Shown here: positions 7,402 to 15,972 of the stretch, in pieces | How the letters are laid out: each line of letters opens with the position of its first letter | Numbering within the stretch: the first letter of the stretch is position 1 | Assembly (NCBI RefSeq): GCF_000354175.2 | Contig: NC_022359.1 | Coordinates: 60,001 to 92,000 of the forward strand | Reading direction: 5' to 3' | Length of the DNA: 32,000 nucleotides | From: Vibrio alginolyticus NBRC 15630 = ATCC 17749 | GTDB taxonomy: Bacteria > Pseudomonadota > Gammaproteobacteria > Enterobacterales > Vibrionaceae | Made by a program: the position numbers and the translations under genes | Notes under the pieces: generated by a model | Database searches by the model: none | What the model was told of the DNA's origin: nothing | The model's input: the letters and a program-made list of their open reading frames with translations, nothing else

Positions 7402-8838
7402 CTACGCTGCTGACAGTTTCAATGACAATTGATCTAGCCAAGGGCCGCGTAATGACTGTACTTTTCTTCCTAGCAACGCAAAACCGAGCATTGCTCCTTC
7501 TGGTGAATAAAACGCAGCGGTCAATTCATCTGCTTGGTTCTCGATGTACCATTGTCCCTGTTCTTCAGCGGCTACCGAGAAAATCGTGAGTGGAAGAATC
7601 GGCGTTTTTACAATCACTGGAGTTGGTGTTAACGAGATAGGGGCGACATCGCCTAGCAAGCTTTTCGCTACAGAAGGGATCATTTGATTAATCGGTGCAA
7701 TATAGGGCTGCCAACCTTGCTCAGTTTCAACACAATCACCTAGCGAGTAAATATTCTCATCACTCGTCTGGCCGAATTGATTCACTTTAATGCCGCGGCC
7801 CACTTCGAGCCCTGCTTGCTCAGCCAGAGAAACATTTGGCTTGAGCCCAACCGCGCTCAGCACTAGATCTGCTTCAATCTGCTTGCCACTGTTTAGATGT
7901 AAAACCGCACTGGATTCGGACCTTGGTTCGATTCTGGTGATACTGTCTTGTAGAGCCCATTGCACGCCTCGATCGGCAAGTGCGCTTTGTAATGATTCAC
8001 CCAACTGTTGCGGGATCAAACGCTCCATTGGCCATTGACCCACCCCGATAACTGTTACTTCATAACCGCTTTCGATCAGATCATTTGCGAACTCACAGCC
8101 AATTAAGCCATCACCTAGGATCGCGATGCGCTTTTTGTCTTGCAGCTCCGCTCTGAAACGGCGGTAGTCAACTAAGTCGTTCACACTCATAACCCAAGAG
8201 CGATCGCCCTCAATTGGGATTTCAATCGGTGATGCACCTGTTGCCAGTACCAAGCGGCTGTAGGCGTATTTACCGATGGAGGTATGTAGCGTTGAATTGG
8301 CACGATCGATCTGTTCAACACGCGTATGCGGGTAAACGCGGATATTGAGACGGCTTTCCCACTCCAACGCGCTTTCACTTTGCAGCGCGTCGCCGTCTTT
8401 GTTCATGACCAACGCATTAGACAAAGCTGGTTTGCTGTACAGAGCGCCATCATCAGCGGTAAAGACGGTGATCGGAACCGTCTCAGATTGCGCTCTAAGT
8501 GCCGCCGCCAACTGGTAACCACTGTGGCCACTACCGATGATAACGATAGGGTCATTTGAGAATACAGGTTGAGTAACTTCAGATGGAAGAGGCTGAGCCG
8601 TATTTGGCTGAACAGACGCTTCTACCGACACCGAAGACACCGCTGCAACCTCTTCTAGTGGCGCATCATCGGTAATTTCGATCATTTCAAAATCGGCCTT
8701 ACCCACTAAACAGTCAGGACATAACCAGTCATCCGGTACATCTTCCCATGCTGTTCCTGGTGCAATGCCATCGGATGGCCAACCTTGTGCTTCATCATAG
8801 ATTAAGCCGCAAATAATACAGAGCCACTTTCTCATCAC
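7402..8838 (-). CDS. Rubredoxin domain fused to a NorW/rubredoxin-reductase-like FAD/NAD(P)H oxidoreductase
   Basis: The N-terminal rubredoxin has two Cys pairs (CIICGLIYDE...WLCPDCLVGK). A ~40-aa Ser/Val/Pro-rich linker follows. The reductase part has IVIIGSGHSGYQLA (FAD), IAILGDGLIGCEFA (NAD(P)H) and YSLGDC motifs. It is colinear with recalled E. coli NorW (IVIIGSGFAARQL...LVLATGAS...GGGLIGSELA...ALGDCAE). Confidence 0.85.
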   Translation of the reverse strand: MMRKWLCIICGLIYDEAQGWPSDGIAPGTAWEDVPDDWLCPDCLVGKADFEMIEITDDAPLEEVAAVSSVSVEASVQPNTAQPLPSEVTQPVFSNDPIVIIGSGHSGYQLAAALRAQSETVPITVFTADDGALYSKPALSNALVMNKDGDALQSESALEWESRLNIRVYPHTRVEQIDRANSTLHTSIGKYAYSRLVLATGASPIEIPIEGDRSWVMSVNDLVDYRRFRAELQDKKRIAILGDGLIGCEFANDLIESGYEVTVIGVGQWPMERLIPQQLGESLQSALADRGVQWALQDSITRIEPRSESSAVLHLNSGKQIEADLVLSAVGLKPNVSLAEQAGLEVGRGIKVNQFGQTSDENIYSLGDCVETEQGWQPYIAPINQMIPSVAKSLLGDVAPISLTPTPVIVKTPILPLTIFSVAAEEQGQWYIENQADELTAAFYSPEGAMLGFALLGRKVQSLRGPWLDQLSLKLSAA

Positions 8839-8977
8839 TTATACTCCAACTACCTTGTTCAGAATTTCCGTGTTTACAAACCGCTGTCAGATTTGTTGTG
8901 ATTCCATCAACCTCGCCCTAGCTTGTGGTCTGAAATCCAAGCCGGTACGAGGTGATGAAAATACAGTTACACGGTAG

Positions 8978-10414
8978 CTATACGTTGCTGTCTTGCTGCA
9001 AACGAATGGCAATATTGCGTGTCTGGACGTAGCTATAAATCGCTTCTTGTCCTTTTTCTCGCCCAAACCCGGACAAGCCCACGCCACCAAATGGTGTTTC
9101 GATGCCACCAGCAAACCATTCATTGATGAACACTTGTCCACCACGCAGTTGCTGTGCCACACGCAATGTTTGGTTTAGGCTTTCACCAAAGACACCAGCG
9201 ACCAGGCCAAAATCGGTGCCATTCGCGATTTCAACGGCCTCTTGCTCGGTTTCAAACGGTGTAATTACCAGTACAGGACCAAACACTTCTTCTTGAGCAA
9301 TACGCATATCTGGTGAGGCTTCAATCACCGTAGGTGCCACAAAGTAACCCGACAAATCAGGGGCGTATCCACCCGTTAGGATTTTCGCGCCGTCGGCTTT
9401 TGCTTGTTCTATCATTTCAAGCACGCGCGCTTGTTGATCAGCCGATACCAACGGTGTTATATCCGGCTGGCTTTCGCCTTGGCCAATGGTTAGGCTTTTT
9501 GCCATTTCCACAACCGCCGCTTTTACTTCTTCATAACGCTCTTTTTGAATCAGCAAACGAGACATTGCCGAACAAACTTGACCAGCGTTAAAGAAAATAC
9601 CGACTTGAACGCTTTGTAAAAGCGTTTCGAGACTCACATCTTTCAGTGCGATAGCGGCCGATTTACCACCCAGCTCCATCACAGATGGTGTGGCGCGTTG
9701 CGCTGAATCTTTCAGTATGCGTTGGCCGGTCGGCACAGAACCTGTAAAGACAATTTGATCAACGTCTTGATGCTGCACCAAGTGGCTGCCAACGACTGAG
9801 CCTTTGCCACATAGCAAGTTAATCGTGCCTTTTGGGAAGCCCGCTTTTTCAATCGCTTTAATCAACAACGTCATAGCGAGTGGGGAAATCTCTGGCGATT
9901 TGATCACCACTGCGTTACCAGCAGCTAATGCAGGAGCTAATGAGCGTGCACAAATAGAAACTGGGAAATTCCACGGCACAATCTGCACTGACACACCAAA
10001 CGGCACATATTGGGTGAAATCGACATAATCTTTACCCAACGGAATTGACGAGCCTTCCAGCTTGTCGGCCATGCCAGCGTAGTATTCGAAGTAACGTGCC
10101 GATTCTAAAAACTCATCTTTGGCATCTTGCAAAGATTTCCCATTTTCACGGCAGGCAACTAACCCACCTTCATCAACCATTTCACGAATAGCCGCGGCGG
10201 CTTTTAACATCCACTCGGTTCTGACGGCTGGACGAACGTCCGAAAGAAGACCTTGATTGACCACTCGACGTGCCGCTGCCATTGCGCGATCTGCATCGGT
10301 GATAGTGGATTCTGCAATCGTCGCATACGCTTCGGCTGTGCCAGGGTTCATGACGGTCAGCGCTTGCTCTGAATCGCACCACTCACCATCAATATAATTA
10401 AGGTAATGCATCAT
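8978..10414 (-). CDS. NAD(P)+-dependent aldehyde dehydrogenase
   Basis: 478 aa. ALDH hallmarks are present: VMELGGKSA (catalytic Glu), FFNAGQVCSAMSRL (catalytic Cys) and EEVFGPV. The start lies 1 nt after the Rieske gene stop, implying translational coupling. Confidence 0.9.
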   Translation of the reverse strand: MMHYLNYIDGEWCDSEQALTVMNPGTAEAYATIAESTITDADRAMAAARRVVNQGLLSDVRPAVRTEWMLKAAAAIREMVDEGGLVACRENGKSLQDAKDEFLESARYFEYYAGMADKLEGSSIPLGKDYVDFTQYVPFGVSVQIVPWNFPVSICARSLAPALAAGNAVVIKSPEISPLAMTLLIKAIEKAGFPKGTINLLCGKGSVVGSHLVQHQDVDQIVFTGSVPTGQRILKDSAQRATPSVMELGGKSAAIALKDVSLETLLQSVQVGIFFNAGQVCSAMSRLLIQKERYEEVKAAVVEMAKSLTIGQGESQPDITPLVSADQQARVLEMIEQAKADGAKILTGGYAPDLSGYFVAPTVIEASPDMRIAQEEVFGPVLVITPFETEQEAVEIANGTDFGLVAGVFGESLNQTLRVAQQLRGGQVFINEWFAGGIETPFGGVGLSGFGREKGQEAIYSYVQTRNIAIRLQQDSNV

Positions 10415-10415
10415 A

Positions 10416-11603
10416 TTACTGCTCCAGTGCCGCTTTCACTTGCTTTGCCAACCAGGTTTGGAAGAAATGCGTCGGAACATCCATTTCTGGTGAGAACACA
10501 CCACCACCAAAGCCAGGTGAGTAACGACCTTCCTGCATACCTTCGACCGCTCCAATATCTTCGCCGAATACGACTCGCCATGACTCAACGGTAGCAGTAC
10601 GGCACGCAGCGAACTCATCTTTCGTTGCTTCATCACCCACATAGAAAACACGTAGGTGCTCAACACTCTTATTCGCAGTGATTGGTTCAATCATCATCGC
10701 AAAGGCATGATCGGCTTGAATACCAAGCAACACGTTTGGAAAGAGTGCAACATATTCTGCATGACGCAGTTTATCTTCTGGCCAGCTTGGAAATTTAGGT
10801 AAGTGTGTTCCTGCAGTATCAGAGAGGTTGTATGCGAGACTACCTTGGCCAGCAAAACGCTCTGCAAACATGATGTTGTAGTGATCCTCTAGGCGAGAAT
10901 AACTGTTCAAACTCGGATGCACCCAAGGTAAGTGGTAAGCTTCACAGTAGTTTTCTACGGCAAGCTTCCAGTTACTTTTCACTTCTATCTCTAAGTTGCC
11001 ACCCATGTTCACGCGGCGAAGAAGCCCTAATCCTTCTTCACCTAAGAATTGCTGCCAACGTTGCTCTAGCGGCGCGATATGCTCTTCAAAGCTTTCTGCT
11101 TTGCCCGATAAGTTGACGAATACCATGTCCATCCAAACGGCTGAACGAAGTGGCTTAAGGCCATGCTTTTCACACTTAAATCGGTCATCTTTGTGTTTTG
11201 CGATACCACCGATGTGTGGTGTGCCTTTTAGATTGCCGTCAAGATCGTACGTCCATGAATGGTAAGGACAGCGAATCATGCCTTGAACTTCGCCTGCCTC
11301 ATGAACCAGCTTCATACCTCGGTGGCTACACACGTTGTGGAAGACTTGGACTTCACCTTGACGATTTCTCATCATGAGTAGTGGAAGATTCATGAAATCA
11401 AGTGGCATTACATAACCATTTTTAAGCAGGTCTGATGCAAAACCAATGCATACCCAAGTGTTACCAAACACCTGATCACGCTCAAAAGTAAAATACTCTT
11501 CGCTGGTGTAGGCCTGATTCGGCATTCCTGTTGCTTCACTGATTGGGTTCAGTACATTATCAACAAGTTCAACAGGAATAATGGTTTGGTTGACATTGCT
11601 CAT
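10416..11603 (-). CDS. Rieske [2Fe-2S] non-heme-iron oxygenase alpha subunit (choline-monooxygenase-like / CntA-GbcA-type class), first gene of the operon
   Basis: Rieske motif CSHRG-x16-CPYHSW. Mononuclear iron motif ENYCEAYHLPWVH (E-x3-E-x2-H-x4-H). 395 aa, with a GGAGA RBS 7 nt upstream of the ATG. No beta subunit gene is present. Confidence 0.9.
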   Translation of the reverse strand: MSNVNQTIIPVELVDNVLNPISEATGMPNQAYTSEEYFTFERDQVFGNTWVCIGFASDLLKNGYVMPLDFMNLPLLMMRNRQGEVQVFHNVCSHRGMKLVHEAGEVQGMIRCPYHSWTYDLDGNLKGTPHIGGIAKHKDDRFKCEKHGLKPLRSAVWMDMVFVNLSGKAESFEEHIAPLEQRWQQFLGEEGLGLLRRVNMGGNLEIEVKSNWKLAVENYCEAYHLPWVHPSLNSYSRLEDHYNIMFAERFAGQGSLAYNLSDTAGTHLPKFPSWPEDKLRHAEYVALFPNVLLGIQADHAFAMMIEPITANKSVEHLRVFYVGDEATKDEFAACRTATVESWRVVFGEDIGAVEGMQEGRYSPGFGGGVFSPEMDVPTHFFQTWLAKQVKAALEQ

Positions 11604-11791
11604 ATTCTTATCTCCGAGAGTCGAGTTGCATCCAGTGCGTACAACATCGTGTTGTGTTAGTGGAGATGATTTTGATTAACAACCCGGCAACAAACAAACG
11701 ACTTTTTCGCCGGGCTTGGATGAGTTTTTGTCATTCATGCATTGATCTTGAACAAAAAACAACCTTTTAATTAACAATGATCTTCTTGTCA

Positions 11792-11825
11792 TGATTAATA
11801 CTCATTAACCGATGAGTATTAATCA
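11792..11825. promoter_or_regulatory. Perfect 14-bp inverted repeat (candidate operator) in the divergent promoter region
   Basis: TGATTAATACTCAT-taaccg-ATGAGTATTAATCA has all 14 positions complementary. It lies 97 bp upstream of the BCCT ATG and 189 bp upstream of the Rieske ATG. No T-tract follows on either strand. Confidence 0.45.
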
Positions 11826-11921
11826 GTTGAAACACAAAAGCCCTCTCTCTACTCTCTTTCAAAAATTAACAATAACGCAACAAACAATAACGCTAAAACA
11901 AACGCACTGTGAGGGATGCCT

Positions 11922-13658
11922 ATGAGAGCAACATCTGGGATATTGAAAGGACTCAATCCGACTGTGACTATCGCATCAAAGATCGTCGTTATCGGTTTTG
12001 TACTTTTCTGCGCCATTCTCGCCAACCAAGCGGGCCAATACTTCGAAACGATTTCCGGCATTTTGCTGCAGAATATGAAGTGGTTTTACATCGGACTTGT
12101 TTCACTCGTTGTCGGTTTTCTTCTTTACCTTATGGTTAGTCGATATGGACATATTCGTTTGAGTAAAGATGACGAAAAACCAGAGTTTAGTTATTTGTCT
12201 TGGGTATCCATGCTTTTTTCCGGAGGCATGGGGATAGGCTTGATTTTCTGGTCGGTCGCCGAACCGATGTGGCATTACGCTGACAACCCATTTACTCAAG
12301 GCCTGACCAATGAAGCCGCAACAACATCAATGAAACTGACATTCTTTCACTGGGGTCTACATCCTTGGTCTGTCTTTATCATTGTTGCACTCGCATTAGC
12401 TTACTTTTCCTACCGTAAAGATCTGCCTTTTACCCTACGCTCTATCTTGTACCCTTTGATTGGTGATCGTATTTATGGGCCTATCGGACACACGGTTGAT
12501 ATCCTAACCGTCGCGGTGACTGCTTTCGGTATCTCTCAAACCTTGGGGATGGGAGTTATCCAAATAAACTCTGGTTTGAATCAAGCCTTTGGTCTAGATA
12601 TTAGTTTGGGGATTCAACTCTTTATTATCGTTTCCCTTTGTACTTGTGCGGTTGCGTCGGTGCTATCTGGTGTAGGAAAAGGTATTCGCCGTTTATCAGA
12701 ATGGAACATGCTGCTCTCACTCGCACTCGTGCTAGTCGTACTTTACATTGGTCCAACTCGCTATATCTTAAATACGCTACTCGAAAGCACGGGGCTTTAT
12801 GCACAAAACATTGTCGGTATGAGCTTATGGAGCGATGCACAGAATGACTCTGGCTGGCAAAACTGGTGGACGGCTTATTACTGGCCTTGGTGGATGACTT
12901 GGGCACCTTTCGTTGGCATGTTTGTGGCTCGTATCTCTAAAGGGCGCACAATACGTGAGCTTATCGGTGGTGCTCTCATCGTACCTACGCTGATCACGTT
13001 TTTATGGATTTCAGTATTTGGTGGCGCAGCGTTAAAGGTAGAGCAAGACGCTCGTGTTGCTCATCAAGAGCAAGTCACTGCGGCACAAGAAGCCAAACAA
13101 ACACCACCTGCGGATTTTTCTGGCGGCCCGATTCTTGAAGCGACTAAAGCCGATACGACACGCGCTTTGTTTACGCTATTCGACAATCTAGATACAGGTA
13201 TGTTTGGTAAACTACTTAGCGTACTTGCGTGTTTATTACTCGGTACTTATTTCATTACCTCCGCTGACTCGGGTACCTTGGTTCTATGTACCCTCGATGC
13301 CGCTGGGCACAGTGAGCCTCCTACCTCTATACGCGTATTGTGGGGGATCATGATCGCAGCCATTGCGGGAGTACTTCTATACGCAGGAGGGTTAAAAGCA
13401 ATGCAAACGGCCTCCATTATTGCCGGTTTCCCTATCGCCATTTTTATCGCGGTGATGAGCTTAACGCTGTTTCATAGTATTCGACGCGAACCTAAGCCAT
13501 GGGCAATGCTTCCTGAACATGTTCACCCAGAACAAGAGAAACTTGATGGTCCTGTTGAACCGCTTGTTGAAAGCAAAACTGTGGCTTCCGAGCCTATCGC
13601 TTCAAGATCCTCGCTGAAAGATGATTCCACACTCAATCAGGGACCAGTACTAAGTTAG
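11922..13658 (+). CDS. BCCT-family (betaine/carnitine/choline) transporter
   Basis: Twelve-TM profile with BCCT signature regions (WVSMLFSGGMGIGLIFWSVAEP; WTAYYWPWWMTWAPFVGMFVARISKGRTIRE). It has a hydrophilic ~60-aa C-terminal tail. The GAGGG RBS at 11911..11915 favours the ATG at 11922 over the ATG at 11916. Confidence 0.9.
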   Translation: MRATSGILKGLNPTVTIASKIVVIGFVLFCAILANQAGQYFETISGILLQNMKWFYIGLVSLVVGFLLYLMVSRYGHIRLSKDDEKPEFSYLSWVSMLFSGGMGIGLIFWSVAEPMWHYADNPFTQGLTNEAATTSMKLTFFHWGLHPWSVFIIVALALAYFSYRKDLPFTLRSILYPLIGDRIYGPIGHTVDILTVAVTAFGISQTLGMGVIQINSGLNQAFGLDISLGIQLFIIVSLCTCAVASVLSGVGKGIRRLSEWNMLLSLALVLVVLYIGPTRYILNTLLESTGLYAQNIVGMSLWSDAQNDSGWQNWWTAYYWPWWMTWAPFVGMFVARISKGRTIRELIGGALIVPTLITFLWISVFGGAALKVEQDARVAHQEQVTAAQEAKQTPPADFSGGPILEATKADTTRALFTLFDNLDTGMFGKLLSVLACLLLGTYFITSADSGTLVLCTLDAAGHSEPPTSIRVLWGIMIAAIAGVLLYAGGLKAMQTASIIAGFPIAIFIAVMSLTLFHSIRREPKPWAMLPEHVHPEQEKLDGPVEPLVESKTVASEPIASRSSLKDDSTLNQGPVLS

Positions 13659-13680
13659 TGCGTCGTTTCATCAATCAATT

Positions 13681-13712
13681 AAAAAAGCGGGAACTGATAT
13701 TCCCGCTTTTTT
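13681..13712. terminator. Bidirectional rho-independent terminator after the BCCT gene
   Basis: AAAAAA-GCGGGAA-ctgata-TTCCCGC-TTTTTT. A-run and T-run flanks make it usable from both strands. Confidence 0.8.
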
Positions 13713-13776
13713 AACATTACCATGTGCCGTCCTAAATAAGGTTGACACTTTCCACCCCCCAAAATTGGAGAGTGTT

Positions 13777-14169
13777 ATGAAATCAACAACTAAAAGAACT
13801 CAGCGCGATTACTCCCTCGCTTTTAAACTCACTGTAGTTGATGAGGTTGAAAAAGGAAGCCTCACTTACAAACAAGCCCAAGAGAAGTATGGCATCCAAG
13901 GTTGCTCTACGGTTTTGGTTTGGCTTCGTAAGCATGGTCGACTAGATTGGTCTAAAGGGACACCTAACTTTATGTCCAAAGGAGACTCTATGACCGAGTT
14001 CAATTCACCTCCTACACCAGAGCAACGTATTAAAGAGCTTGAAAAGCAGCTCGAAGATGCTCAACTCAAAGCCGACTTCTTTGAAGCTGTCGTGAACGTT
14101 ATGGAACGTGACTATGGTGTTAGAGTGACAAAAAAGCACAAAGAAGCGTTGTCCAAGAGAAAACCATAG
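13777..14169 (+). CDS. IS3-family transposase OrfA (HTH + leucine-zipper region)
   Basis: MKSTTKRTQRDYSLAFKLTVVDEVEKG... is a typical IS3 OrfA HTH. The coiled-coil segment is IKELEKQLEDAQLKADFFEAV. The ATG at 13777 is preceded by GGAGAG. The track's TTG at 13765 is unlikely. Confidence 0.88.
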   Translation: MKSTTKRTQRDYSLAFKLTVVDEVEKGSLTYKQAQEKYGIQGCSTVLVWLRKHGRLDWSKGTPNFMSKGDSMTEFNSPPTPEQRIKELEKQLEDAQLKADFFEAVVNVMERDYGVRVTKKHKEALSKRKP

Positions 14170-14174
14170 TAGGT

Positions 14175-14981
14175 TTGAGCGTTACGAAGTTTTGTCAGTT
14201 AGTACAAATCTCTCGCCAAGCTTATTATAAGCAATGCCAAACTCAATCTCGTTGTGAACATCATGAGCATACTGTCATTGGCTTTGTCCGTGAAGTCAGG
14301 CTGAAGCAGCCACGCATTGGCACGCGTAAACTGAAGTTCTTAGCAGCAACAAAGGGCATTCAAATAGGTCGCGATAAGCTCTTTGAACTTCTCAGAAAGC
14401 ATCGGCTGTTAGTGAGAGCAAGACGAGCCTATCACCGAACGACTGACAGCCGTCATCGATTTTTCTGTCACCCAAACAAAGTGAAAGATGGGCTGACACC
14501 AACGAAGCCAGAACAACTGTGGGTTGCTGATATTACTTACTTGCCAACTCAAAATGGAGAGAGTTATCTCAGCTTGGTTACAGACGCTTATTCAAGGAAG
14601 ATTGTTGGTTTTTATGTGGATGACAACATGAAAACTCAATCAGTTAAGCGGGCATTTATCTCAGCTCTCAGGCAACGGCAGAGTGAAGAAAAGCTAATAC
14701 ACCACTCAGATAGAGGTTCACAATACTGTTCGAAGGAATATCAAGATATCCATAAGAAACATAGAGTGACTTGCTCAATGACTGACGGGTATGACTGTTA
14801 TCAGAATGCTTTAGCTGAGCGTGTAAATGGGATACTCAAAATGGAGCTCTTGCTGAAGAAACCGAAAGATCTGAAAGAAGCAAGGACGATGGTAGCAGAG
14901 TCCGTAGATATCTATAATCAAATGAGGCCTCATACGGCTTTAAAATACAAAACGCCCGATGAAGTACATCGAGCGTTTTAG
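14175..14981 (+). CDS. IS3-family transposase OrfB (DDE / rve integrase core), expected to be made as an OrfAB fusion by -1 frameshifting
   Basis: DDE-type core: WVADITY (D), HHSDRGSQY (D) and NALAERVNGILK (E). The -1 frame is open from the slippery site at 14130..14136 through to 14175, with no stop codon. Confidence 0.88.
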   Translation: MSVTKFCQLVQISRQAYYKQCQTQSRCEHHEHTVIGFVREVRLKQPRIGTRKLKFLAATKGIQIGRDKLFELLRKHRLLVRARRAYHRTTDSRHRFFCHPNKVKDGLTPTKPEQLWVADITYLPTQNGESYLSLVTDAYSRKIVGFYVDDNMKTQSVKRAFISALRQRQSEEKLIHHSDRGSQYCSKEYQDIHKKHRVTCSMTDGYDCYQNALAERVNGILKMELLLKKPKDLKEARTMVAESVDIYNQMRPHTALKYKTPDEVHRAF

Positions 14982-15045
14982 TTAAAAAGTGTCAACCCAT
15001 ATCAGGACGGGTCACCAAACTCTGTTATTGTCTCTGCTTATTGAT

Positions 15046-15972
15046 TTAAGCTAAGCCTCGATCACCTACCTCATCTGGCAACTGATGCAAAAGCCATTCT
15101 CTAAAACGTTTGACGCTGGCTGGGATTAAACCTCTATTTTTAGGTTCAAGCATAGAAAAATTGGAAGGTGTTGAAAGCACGTGTTCGACTGGCCTAACTA
15201 AAGCACCGCTTTGTAAATAGTCGTCCACTAATGACCCCCAGGCTAACGCGATGCCCTGACCATTAATTGCCGCTTGTAACAGCATTGGATAGTTATTGAT
15301 GTTCATGCGATTACGAGGCGAAATATTTGGCAATCCTACACTCGCAAACCACTGCTCCCAATTCACCCAATCTCTTTGAGACTCTTCCAGATAGAGTAAC
15401 GTTTTATTGAAGATTTCTTCTGGCTCACTAGGCTGGCCGATTTTCTCTAGATAAAGCGGGCTACACACAGGGAATACTTCTTCTGAGAATAGCGTTGTCA
15501 CGTCCATTTCCGCAGGTGGAGTGCGACAATAAAACAAGGCGATATCGCAATCTAATCGGCGTAAGTCCAACACATTATCTGAGGCCAATATCCTTATATC
15601 GATGTCATCATGTTCATTTTGAAATTGGGCAACCTTAGGCAACAACCACAAGGCTGCCATTGCATTTGTCGTCGCAACCGTGATCTTTTGTTCGCCCTGC
15701 CACTTCTTCACTTCACCCGTGATTTGAGCAATATCGAGCAAAGATTGGCTGACAGCTTGATAATATTGAAGACCTGTAGGCGTTAAATTAATGCTTCGAT
15801 TGGCTCGCGTGAACATAGCCTTGCCTAAGTATTCTTCTAATTGTCTAATTTGGCGACTGATAGCACCTTGGGTCACGTTTAGCTCGTCAGCGGCTAACGT
15901 AAAACTCAAGTGCCGCGCCGACGCTTCAAACGCAACGAGGCTATTTAAAGGAGGGAGGGGTTTGATTTTCAT
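15046..15972 (-). CDS. LysR-family transcriptional regulator (GcvA/AmpR-like subgroup)
   Basis: The N-terminal wHTH is LNSLVAFEASARHLSFTLAADELNVTQGAISRQIRQLEEYLG. A periplasmic-binding-protein type 2 effector domain follows. Length is 308 aa. Confidence 0.9.
   Translation of the reverse strand: MKIKPLPPLNSLVAFEASARHLSFTLAADELNVTQGAISRQIRQLEEYLGKAMFTRANRSINLTPTGLQYYQAVSQSLLDIAQITGEVKKWQGEQKITVATTNAMAALWLLPKVAQFQNEHDDIDIRILASDNVLDLRRLDCDIALFYCRTPPAEMDVTTLFSEEVFPVCSPLYLEKIGQPSEPEEIFNKTLLYLEESQRDWVNWEQWFASVGLPNISPRNRMNINNYPMLLQAAINGQGIALAWGSLVDDYLQSGALVRPVEHVLSTPSNFSMLEPKNRGLIPASVKRFREWLLHQLPDEVGDRGLA

Larger units (their letters stand above)
13723..15014 (+). mobile_element. IS3-family insertion sequence, apparently intact (1292 bp)
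   Basis: Imperfect terminal inverted repeats start TG...CA: IRL is TGTGCCGTCCTAAATAAGGTTGACACTTT, and the reverse complement of IRR is TGACCCGTCCTGATATGGGTTGACACTTT (22 of 29 identical). A 3-bp direct repeat CCA sits at 13720..13722 and 15015..15017. orfA and orfB are in 0/-1 frames with an in-frame A AAA AAG slippery heptamer at 14130..14136. Confidence 0.88.

Noticed and set aside
8839-8977. 139-bp gap inside the oxygenase operon, examined for a hidden gene, terminator or riboswitch
   Set aside because: There is only a 6-codon ORF, no stable hairpin with a U-tract and no recognisable RNA motif. It is most simply an untranslated spacer, possibly with an internal promoter, and nothing can be supported from sequence alone.
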